The position numbers and the translations under genes are program-made. A model generated the notes under the pieces. That model had not been told where the DNA came from. It saw nothing but the letters and a program-made list of their open reading frames with translations, and ran no database searches. This document shows, piece by piece, positions 26,601 to 38,600 of a stretch of 61,358 nt of DNA; the stretch's first letter is position 1, and every line of letters starts with the position of its first letter. This DNA is from Chiloscyllium plagiosum (lineage: Eukaryota). The stretch lies in the NCBI RefSeq assembly GCF_004010195.1, contig NC_057718.1, forward strand, positions 22,576,291 to 22,637,648, read 5' to 3'.

Positions 26601-29600
26601 GATATTAGGAGAAAGGTATAGAGGGGACGTCAGAGGTAGGTTCTTTACGCAGAGAGTTGTGAATGCATGGAATGCGTTGCCAGCTGTGGTGGTGGAAGCA
26701 GAGTCATTAGGGACATTTAACCGACTGCTGGACATGCACATGGATAGCAGTGAGTTAAGGGTTGCGTAGGTGAAGTTATTGTGTTTTACATTAGGATTAA
26801 ACCTCGGCACAATATCATGGGCCAAAGGGCCTGTTCTGTGCTGTACTTTTCTATGTTCTATGTTCTATGTCCAAATAATTGAAACAATATATGATTCCCA
26901 AAAGATGGAGTGGTTGAGTATGGAGGGATAGGGACAGACAGTAATGAAAATTAAATAGTAAAAGTTTTTTGCCACTTCTAGAGATTTCAGATTAATTTTG
27001 GCAAAAACCTGGGATCTAATTGTCTCCCTGTTGTCTTGGGCAGAGAGGAAAGGGTTAAAGAGCAAATAATACCATTGAACCAGAGAGTCCACCATAAACG
27101 AAAAGTAGTCGTAATCTTGACTTATGTCAACTTGTATCAATTGTGTGGTTCCCCTCTTTTACATATCTCAACGTTCATTTGCTCTTTTCTTCATTGTAAT
27201 AGCTCATTAATGCTGGCAAAGGCGAGGCAATCCGAATTAAATCCATTCTCCGTTCATTGATTCCTCTGGAAGACCTGGAAGGAGTTGTCAGCATTCCCTT
27301 CCAGATGCCAACAGTGGCGAAGGGTGAGTTTACCATATTTTATGAGGGGACTTTGGAGACTGTATGATAAGTATTTTTAACTGCAGGTTATGACAAATTT
27401 AATTGTGGCATCAAATCAGCAGATTACTATCCATGAATGAAAAGAACAACTCAGTTTGCAAACATTTACGCTATTCTGTTGAGTATAGAAAGAAAAGGGT
27501 ATTGAGTTGTCTATGGTTTGAAGAATGGTTATGAACATAGTCTCTGATAATTTATTAAGCACTTATACTGTGCTGTAAGCTTTCCTTTGTCAACAGTATT
27601 ATTGATTGCCTGAAGGAATTACTGCAGCACAATGTTCAAGCATCTTTCAACATTGATGCGTGGGAACAAATCATATGTTATTATTCTCATAGACAGCCTA
27701 TGTTGGTTGGAATAATGTCCTATTATATTTTTAGTAATGATGTATTCAAATTATTTCTGATTGACAGCTGTATATCTTTTTTGACAAGCAAAAGAAGTAT
27801 TTAAGAGATTATTAACATAGTTGTTGAAAAAATAATCTTCCAAATGAAATTGCTTGGCGTTGAAATAACTGACTTCATATAGATTCTGCTAGTCTACACA
27901 AACGATGTAAAAAATAACTTAATTGAAGAGAATTGTTTGACTTAGTGTGGTGATATATTGTTTGATTGTGAGTGAGACATTTTTGAGGATTTATTTGCAT
28001 AAACTGCTGCATTGGAATAATACTTACATTCTTTAAATGCACTTTTTGATACCATCCCACTAAATAAACCACAGCCCATTATACTTTGACCTCCAAACAC
28101 AGATGGGACATGTATGGGAAACATAGAGGAATTGTGAGATTACTCAGCCAGATGAAGAGATTGCTCAATCTTGTCTCATGTACTGACATGAAAAAAATTA
28201 AAATTAGAATCAAATTAAATAGATTTAAAGTAGTAAGAAGGAATATGCTGCATTAAAGGGTTTGCCTGAATTTTTGTTCCATTCGTACAGCTGATTATAA
28301 AGCTGTGGTGCTCATACAGCAAGTGAGCATTTGGAATGAAAATTGATGGATTTTATAACGTGCAGACAAACCACTCCACATGGTGAAGAAAGACATTTTT
28401 TCTTGTTTTATTTTAATTATTTTCAGGGTCTTGAATGGTTTCTTTGTTTCACAGTTCCGATGGAGCTTACATAGGGAAATTAAGAAAGGCTTATTGAGCT
28501 CTGAACTTTGCCTTTCAGCTACTGAATTGTTCAAACTCATTTTTGAGAATTGTCATGGTGAAGAAAGACATTTTTTCTTGTTTTATTTTAATTATTTTCA
28601 GGGTCTTGAATGGTTTCTTTGTTTCACAGTTCCAATGGAGCTTACATAGGGAAATTAAGAAAGGCTTATTAGATTAGATTAGATTAGATTAGATTTACAG
28701 TGTGGAAACAGGCCCTTCGGCCCAACAAGTCCACACCGACCCGCCGAAGCGCAACCCACCCATACCCCTATATTTACCCCTTTATCTAACACTAAGGGCA
28801 ATTTAGCATGGCCAATTCACCTGACCTGCACATCTTTGGACTGTGGGAGGAAACCGGAGCACCCGGAGGAAACCCACTGAGCTCCGAACTTTGCCTTTCA
28901 GCTACTGAATTGTTCAAACTCATTTTTGAGAATTGTAATCTTTTTGATCTGCTGAGATGGCCCGAGCTGAGGGCAGTAGCTGTGCAGAGTGCAGAAAACC
29001 GGAAGTTGTGGTTACCCCTAACATTGTCGTTGTTTTAAGTTGTATCTGATAACACCAACAAATCTCCTGCCTGATTGACAGGCTTAGATTCCAATTGGGC
29101 AAGGATTAGTCAAGAGGAAGCCATTGGCTCAGGTAGATTCACAACCCAAGTTTGGGTTTGGGAAAGTGTGCCAACCCATTTTTGGGATTAAAATAACTCT
29201 TAACTGTACTTTGGCTGAATGTTCCAAGTATGCAGTGAATCCTGGTGCAAAGGGTTTGCTATTCATTAGTTTTTATCTCTCCAAGTGACAAATAGATGTG
29301 GCATGCTGTCTTTCCAACAAGCTAGTGACAAATTGCTCAAGACATGAGGTTTTGTATCCACTTCAATTTACTGCCAGCTGGTTACATCTGTTATGGAAAT
29401 TGTATTCAGTGTAAGATGTAAAGCATGTTTTAATATTGAGGGTTTCTTGATAATTTGCAAGTTTTCCATTATTTAAACTGATGTGGCATGGATTAGAAGT
29501 ATGTGCATTGTTTCTTCTCTAAATGCCTTTATGCTGATTTCCATATATTGGGTACAATCTAATTCTTACTGATCTCTGTTGGGAGAAGGGAAAAGTGAAA

Positions 29601-32600
29601 TTCCTCCTTCCATCCTACAGTGTAAATATCGGATAAAGATGAGATGGCACTTTGAATTTGAAGAATGGAATGTGGATTGAAGGTCTTCTGCTCTGCTAGA
29701 CTTTCAGCTGAGTTACTGAGGGCAAGTGGTGAAAATGGTGGTTGCTTTCCTGGAGGAGGGAGAATATTTTGCTGTGCCCAAAGGCTAGCTCAGAAACACC
29801 ATCCTCAGAATGGAGGTTGTTCGCTGAGCTTTGTGATGCATGTGCATCTCATACAGGGAAAACAAAAACAAAAATTGTGATGTTTGTCATTTGAATTATC
29901 CAAGAAAGAGGTGATTAACACCTTCAGCAATTAGTAAATGCATATGTTTCCTTTTAGACGGGACGGTTGTGGAGCCAGACATGTCAGCAGGATTCTGTCC
30001 AGATCACAAAGCCGCCATGGTTTTGTTCTTGGAAAGGGTATACGGGATTGAAGAGCAAGATTTTCTTTTACATCTGTTGGAAGTTGGCTTTTTGCCAGAC
30101 CTCCGTGCTGCTGCCTCACTGGACACGGTGGGTAGATAAGAAGTCTCAGAGGTTTAATAGGTGTCATGACTCTGCATGTATCTGTCAATGTGATATAAGT
30201 ATGGTAGTGATTTAGCAATTCACACAGAAAATAAACCAGCCTGACTGACTTGTAGATTTTTTTAAAAATCAAGCAACGGCATCAACGGATACCTTCAAGT
30301 AAGTGGATTAAACTAAATATATTCAATTCATTGTCTATCCATTATTCAGTTATCAGATGAATAGAGCAACATGTAATGGTGAATCTGTATAATTTTTATG
30401 CAGCTGTGCTGTAGGGATTTTTTTCTTGGTAGATAGAATGAAAGTATGAAACTTTAATATTCTATCTACATGAACTGTACCTACAGTACAATTACACAAT
30501 TTGTCTTCCTATCCAGAACAAATTCTTTGAGAAAGCGAGAATTAAGTATTAATTGTTACATGATTGGTACTAAGTGCAGAGTCCAATTTTAGCTGATAGA
30601 TGTGCTTAAGGCATTCATTGGCACAGCATTAACACCCTTTGGGAAAAATCATACAACCCCATAACTACTGCAAAAAATACGGAGGTATGGCATTGAGGGT
30701 GAGTTGGAGGTTTGGATTAGGAGTTGGCTGGCTGGAAGAAGACAGAGGGTAGTAGTTGATGGCAAAGGTTCATCTTGGAGTGCCGTCACTAGCGGTGTTC
30801 CGCAAGGATCTGTTTTGGGACCATTGCTGTTTGTCATTTTTATAAATGACCTGGAGGAGGGGTCAGAAGGTTGGGTGAGCAAGTTTGCGGATGATACGAA
30901 AGTCGGAGAAGTTGTAGACAGTGAGGAATGGATATGGCAGGTTATAGCGGGATATAGATAAGCTGCAGAACTGGGCAGAAAGGTGGCAAATGGAGTTCAA
31001 TGTAGCTAAGTGTGAAGTTATTCACTTTGGTAAGAGTAATAAAAAGATGGGGTACTGGGCTAACGGACGGATACTTGGTAGTGTGGATGAGCAGAGAGAT
31101 CTTGGTGTCCATGTACACANNNNNNNNNNNNNNNNNNNNNNNNNNNNNNNNNNNNNNNNNNNNNNNNNNNNNNNNNNNNNNNNNNNNNNNNNNNNNNNNN
31201 NNNNNNNNNNNNNNNNNNNNNNNNNNNNNNNNNNNNNNNNNNNNNNNNNNNNNNNNNNNNNNNNNNNNNNNNNNNNNNNNNNNNNNNNNNNNNNNNNNNN
31301 NNNNNNNNNNNNNNNNNNNNNNNNNNNNNNNNNNNNNNNNNNNNNNNNNNNNNNNNNNNNNNNNNNNNNNNNNNNNNNNNNNNNNNGGGGGTAGGTATAG
31401 GACTGATGTTTGGGGTAGGTTCTTTACTCAGCGAGTTGTGAGTTCATGGAATGCTCTGCCAGTGGCAGTGGTGGACTCTCCCTCATTATGGGCATTTAAG
31501 TGGGCATTGGATAGGCATATGGAGGATAGTGGGCTAGTGTAGGTTAGGTGGGCTTGGATCGACGCAACATCGAGGGCCGAAGGGCCTGTACTGTGCTGTA
31601 TTCTTCTATGTTCTATGTTCTATAACAAAGCGAAGAAGATTACCTCAGATTACAATGGGATCTTGATCAGATGGGCCAATGGGCTGAGAAGTGGCAGATG
31701 GAGTTTAATTTAGATAAATGTGAGGTGCTGCATTTTGATTAGATTAGATTACATTACATTACAGCGTGGAAACAGGCCCTTCAGCCCAACAAGTCCACAC
31801 CGACCCGCCGAAGCGCAACCCACCCATACCCCTACATTTACCCCTTACCTAACACTACGGGCAATTTAGCATGGCCAATTCACCTGACCCTGCACATCTT
31901 TGTGACTGTGGGAGGAAACCGGAGCACCCGGAGGAAACCCACGCAGACATGGGGAGAACGTGCAAACTCCACACAGTCAGTCGCCTGAGGCGGGAATTGA
32001 ACCCGGGTCTCTGGCGCTGTGAGGCAGCAGTGCTAACCACTATGCCACCGTGCCGCCCACGGAAAGCAAATCTTAGCAGGACTTACACACTTAATGGTAA
32101 GGTCATAGGAGTGATGCTGAACAGAGAAACCTTGGAGTGCAGGTTCATAGCTCCTTAAAAGTGGGGTTTCAGGCAGACAGGATAGTGAAGAAGGCGTTTG
32201 GTATGCTTTCCTTTATTCGTCAGAGTATTGAGTACAGGAGTTGTGAAGTCATGTTGCGGCTGTCCAGGTCATTGGTTAGGCCACTGTTGGAATATTGCGT
32301 GCAATTCTGGTCTCCTTCCTATTGGAAAGATGTTGTGAAACTTGAAAGGATTCAGAAACGTTTTACAAGAATGTTGCCAGGGTTGGAGGATTTGAGCTAT
32401 AGAGAGAGGTTGAATAGGCTAGAGCTGTTTTCCCTGGAGCGTCAGAGGCTGAGGGGTGACCTTGTAGAGGTTTATAAAATCATGAGGGGCATGAATAGGA
32501 TAAATAGACAAAGTATTTTCCTTGGGGTGAGGGAGTCCAGAACTAGAGGGCATAGGTTTAGGGTGAGAGGGGAAGATATAAAAGAGACCTAAGGGGCAAC

Positions 32601-35600
32601 TTTTTCACTCAGAGGGTGGGACGTGTATGGAATGAGCTGCCAGAGGAAGTGATGGAAGCTAGTACAATTACAACATTTAAAAGGCATCTGGGTGGGTATA
32701 TGAATAGGAAGGGTTTAGGAGGGATATGGGCCGGGTTCTAGCAGTTGGGACTAGATTGGGTTGGGATATCTGGTTGGCATGGAAGAGTTGGGCTGAAGGG
32801 TCTGATTCAATGCTGTACATCTCTATGACTCTATACTGCTGCTTGTGTGTGTTAAATAAACTTATTGACACGCTGAAGGGTAACATGAGATTTGAACACA
32901 TAGACAGATTGAAGGTCATGAAGCAGGGATTCTTTATTTTACTGGTGCCAGGTCTTCACAAACCAAAAGACAAATTAAAGATAAGCAAGAAATTATTTAA
33001 GTAGATGGGGGATATACTAAATGAGCATTTTGCGTCAGTGTTTACTGTGGAGAGAAAGATGGAGGATATAGAATCTGAGGAAATAAAAGGCGACATCTTG
33101 AAAAATGTCCATATTACAGAGGAGGAGGTGCTGGATGTCTTAAAATGCATAAAGGTGGATAAATCCACAGGACGTCATCAGATGTACCCTAGAACTCTCT
33201 GGGAAGCTAGGGAAGTGATTGCTAGGCCCCTTGCTGAGATATTTGTATCATCGATAGTCACAGATGAGGTGTCAGATGACTGGAGGTTGGCTAATGTGGT
33301 GCCACTATTTAAGAAAGGTGGTAAGGATAAGTCCGACTTTGGTTGTGGGCAAGTTGTTGGAGGGAATCCTGAGGGACAGGATTTACATGCAATTGGAAAA
33401 GCAAGGCCTAATTAGGGATAGTCAACATGGCTTTTTGCATGGGAAATCATGTCTCACGAACTTGTTTGAGGATTTTGAAGAAGTAACAAAAAGGATTAAT
33501 GAGGGCAGAGAGGTGGATGTGATCTATATGGACATTAGTAAGGCGTTCGACAAGGTTCCTCATGATAGACTGGTTAGCAAGGTTAGGTCTCTTGGAATAC
33601 AGGGAGAACTAGCCATTTGGATGCAGAACTGGCTCAAAGGTAGAAAACAAAGGATGGTGGTGATGGAGAGTTGCTTTTGAGACTGGAGGCCTGTGACCAG
33701 TGGTGTGCCACAAGGCTTGGTGCTGGGTCCAATGCTTTTTGTTATGTATATAAATGATTTGGATGTGAACATTGGAGGTATAGTTAGTAAGTTTTCAGAT
33801 GACACCAAAATTGGAGGTGTAGTGGACAGTGAACAAGGTTACCTCAGAGTACAACAGGATCTTGATCAGATGAGCCAATGGGCTGAGCATTGGCAGATGA
33901 AGTTTAATTTAGGTAAATGTGAGGTGCTGCATTTTGGAAAAGCAAATCAGAGCAGGACTTATACAATTAATAGTAAGGTCCTGGGGAGTGTTGCTGAACA
34001 AAGAGACTTTGGAGTGCAGGTTTGTAGTTCCTTAAAAGTGGATTCACAAGTAGATGGGATAGTGATGAAGGTGTTTGGTATGCTTCCCTTTATTGGACAG
34101 AGCATTGAGTATAGGAGTTGGAAGATCATGTTGCACTGTACAGGACATTGGTTAGGCCACTTTTGGAATATTGTGTGCAATGCTGGTCTCCCTCTTATCG
34201 GAAGTAAGTTATGAAACTTGAAAAGGTTCAGAAAAGATTTACAAGGATGTTGCCAGGGTTGGAGGATTTGAGCTGCAGGGAGAGGCTGAATAGACTGGGG
34301 CTGTTTTCCCTGGAGTGCAGAGGCTGATGGGTGACCTTGTAGAGGGGTATGGATAGGATAAATAAACAAGGAGTTTTCCCTGGGGTGGGGGAGTCCAGAA
34401 CTAGAGGGCATTAATTTAGGCTGAGAGGGGAAAAATTTAAAAGGGACCTGGGAGCAACTTTTTCATGCAAAGGGTAGTGCTTGTATGGAATAAGCTGCCA
34501 GAGAAAGTGGTGGAGGCTGATATAATTGCAACACTTAAAAGGCATCTGGATATGAATAGGAAGAGTTTAGAAGGATATGCACCAAGTGCTGTCAAATGGG
34601 ACGAGATTAGGTTAAGATATCTGGTTGGCATGGACGAGTTGGACTAGATTAGGTTAAGATATCTGGTTGGCATGGACGAGTTGGACTGAAGGGTCTGTTT
34701 CTGTGCTGTGCATCTCTATGGATCTATGACTGTATGTACATGGAACGTAGCCCGTGCATTATATTGGGCTGAAGAAATCTTTTTCTTTCTGCCTCCCCCA
34801 ACCCCCTTCCCATCAGCCCCACTCCTACCAATGCCACTGTTTTTCCCAAAGTCTGTTCAGTCTGTTCCACTCTGTCACTATTGCCACCTGCTGGCGGTGA
34901 TCTTGGCAGTCCGTTTGGTTTCTTTGGTCAGTGCCCTTCATTACCATCACTACCTGCAGCTCACACTCCTCTAGCAGTAGTTATCAGTCTTTATATTATA
35001 CTTTCCCTTTGCACAACTGGTCTCTTTCAAGGATGAGGAATGGCACTTACGAAATAGCAGTTGAGTTAGACCATAAGAAATAGGAACACCCATAGGCCAT
35101 TCAGCCCCTTGAGCCTGCTCAACCATTCAATAAGATCAGTTCTAAATTTACACAAGGAGTCTGCCCCAGTTAATTTACCTTGGTAATGTAGAGCCTCAAC
35201 TACCATATGCACATATTAAGAATTTGTTCTTGTGGCTGTCCACTCCCAAAAATGCATTTGCTATAAATTGTCTGTGCCTTGTTAGATTCTCTGTAATGTA
35301 TGTGAATCGTCTTGGATTACGTAATCCAGTGACAGCTTGAGGGAAGTTTGCATTGCTGTTATAATTTGAGGGTGATTATCCCAGTCAGTATAGTACAGAA
35401 CATAAAGTTTGGGACTACGTAAGCTGAAGAGCTGCAGCACATTATTGCAGTGCATGAGCAAAAATCTTATGCAAAATTAGAATGCTTAACATATTTGTAA
35501 CTACATTGGAGAGTTGCCTTTGCAATTGACTGTCAGCCATATGCTGTGCACATCATGATTCCTGCAGGAACTCTAAGGTATTGGTGTAACAGCTGTATAT

Positions 35601-38600
35601 TTTCTGTTTTGACATGGCACATGATTTATGTCTAATCAAATGTTAATCAATGAATAGATGGCAGCTTATCGATCACCTGCATCGTTATCCAAACCCTCTT
35701 TCTGTTCCAATTAACAAAGGATTTGGAAAAAAAATGGGTTGGGATTCTGGAAACAGGTTCCATATGGTCAGAACTTGCTAGAATCAGAGAAATTGATAGT
35801 CGACAAATTAGATGTGTTATTACAGTAGTGAAGTGTCTGATGTTTGGGGTTACCTAAGGAAGAATGGGTAGAGTCTTACTCACAGAAATCATAGAATCCC
35901 TACAGTGTGGAAACAGGCCATTTAGCCCAATAAGTCCATACTGACTCTCCAAAGAACAACCCTCCCAGACCTATTCCTCTACCCTATTACTCTACATTTC
36001 TCCTAATGCACCTAGCCTACATATCCCTGAACAATATGGGCAATTTACCATGGCCAATTCACCTAACTTGCACATCTATAGACTATGGGAGGAAACCGGA
36101 GCACCCAAAGGAAACTCACACAGACACAGGAAGAATGTGCAAACGCCACACGGCCAACTGTCCAAAGGTTGAATTGAACCTGCGTTCCTGGCGCAGTGAG
36201 GTAACAGTGCCAACTACAGAGCCACCATGAAACAAACAGGCTGGTAACCAGAACAAGATGTGCATTTCAGCATGATATTAGGGGTGTGTTTGAGCAGGGT
36301 TTCTAAACCTCCTCAGTCTGCCTAGACTTAAGGGCCTTTTTGCTGGAGAGATAAAATGTATATACATGTTTGTTTTTTTTTTCGTAATCTCTAGGCCGCC
36401 TTGAGTGCTACAGATATGGCATTGGCACTGAATCGATACCTGTGCACTGCTGTTCTGCCATTGTTAACCAAGTGTGCCCCACTCTTTGCTGGTACTGAAC
36501 ATCATGCGTCTCTTATTGATTCCTTATTGCACACTGTCTACAGGCTGTCTAAAGGGTGCTCCCTCACTAAGGCTCAGAGGGATGCCATTGAGGAATGCTT
36601 ACTAGCAATCTGTGGGTAAGTTAAATGAAAAGAAGACAACAACTTGAATGTTTCGGGTTCAAGCTATCCACAGCATTGCATCACTTTCTATATTTGGCAT
36701 TAGTTAATGTTGCTTTCTGTTCAGTTGTGCTGGAAAATCAATCAGAGATAGTGACTCAACATTACATTAAATAAATCCCCAATGACACCATGCTGGGACT
36801 GGCTCTGAAGTCCTTTCTATTTCACTTTCAGATGGTTATTATTGCCCAAACATTTTTCCTATTGTGAGTGCTGATCCAAGTGCTGATCTTTTGGCTGAAG
36901 TGATGATTCAGCCCCTTGCAGCAATGTCAAAGGTGGGCCTGCCTCTGCAGACGGGTTTTCCCCAAAGTCATTAATTGGCTAAAAACCAAATGAATTGCAG
37001 ATAATGTAAGTCAGAAACGAAAACAGAAATTGCTGGAAAAGCTCAACAGATCTGGCAGTATCTGTGGAGAGAAAATAGAGTTAACATTTTAGGTTGAATG
37101 ACCCTTCTTCAGAACTGATAGTAACTGGGAGAATGTTGGCTTAAATGAAGAAGGTAAGGAAAGGAGAGGAGATAAAGAGTAAAGGATAGGTAGGGATAGA
37201 GCCGAAAGAGAGAGAAGGGCAATTGGATAGAAGAAGTGGATAATGACCTAGCTTTGGAAAGAGAATAGCTATTAATGGGGACTGTTAGTGGCTAACAATG
37301 GGAATGTCGTTAGCAGAGGCCTGGTGTGTCGGGGTTGGGGTAAGAACATGGGAGAGCTTAAGCCCAAAAGTTATTGAACACAATATTGAGTCCAGAAAGC
37401 TGCAGGGTCCCCAGGCAGAAAATAAAGTGCTGCCATTCCAGCTTGCACTGAGCTTCGCTGGAGCACTGCATGAGATAGGGAACAGGGTGGCCAGGGAACA
37501 TGGTGGTGTGTTGAAGTGGCTGGCACCTGTAAGTTCAGGGTCTTTTTTGCAGACAGAATGTAGGTGTCCTGTGAGGTGGCCACCCAATCTACGCTTTGTT
37601 TCCCAATGTAGAGGAGACCACATTGTGAGCAGCACCTAGTTTTACAACCTTCCCCACCTGGCATCTTAACCCCAGGGGTTGTGAAATTCCAGCCTACATT
37701 TCAAGTATGCTTCACATTCTCTTTCTGTTCTGCATCATCACAGCATAATTTTCTTTGCTGCATTTCGTTTCAAATCCTTAAACATAAGGGAATTCTGATC
37801 TTCTTCAACTTCGCCCCAATCTTTTCAGATCAAACTTCCAGGTTCACTTTTTGCATTATTTATTTAATTTTCTCTTGATGGTGTCCTCAACAAATGGGTG
37901 TTTGCCCGTTATTTGATTTCTCAATTCAAAAGAATAGAATAAGAATGTTTATGTAGTAATGTCTAAAAGGACAATGTAATTATTGCATTGCTGTCATGGT
38001 AAGTATGAGAAGGAATCACATTCTTACTTCATCAGAGAGAATTCCCTTTCTACACAGCCAATTACGACCATCCATGATGCAGCATTTGTTGAGGAGATTG
38101 GTGTTTGATGTCCCCCTGCTGAATGAACATGCAAAAATGCCTCTGAAAGTAAGTATGTGTATTGACGAATCGTGGTGGTAAGTTCTTCAAGCTCATTATT
38201 GCTCTTGTTCTTGGTGTTCATGGGAATTCTTAATGTATCTGTACAATATTCCATCTGTCCTGTTTGATTTTGTGATTCCAACCCACGGTAATGGCTATGG
38301 TAGTTTGCTGCCACCAACTGAGTCTTAATGGGAAGAGGTTCTTGTCTTGAACAAGATGTAATTTATTGCACAATAGCAGTCAGTTACAAATTACCTCAGT
38401 CAGATGAAAATGTTACTAAGACCATGAAGAGACCTTTAGATATAAGTCTTCAGTCCATGAGATTCTAACATGTTCTGCCTTCGCCCAACCTAACCCTATA
38501 TTACATTTTTGGATGATGTGGAGCTTAATGCACTTTCCATCATCAATTATTTCATGATCATTACCTGATGTGCAACACCTTCATCTGCTATTTTCAATTG

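Noticed and set aside
28379..34687. CRISPR-like or prokaryotic repeat arrays
   Set aside because: Only two-copy tandem duplications without spacers, in a vertebrate intron.
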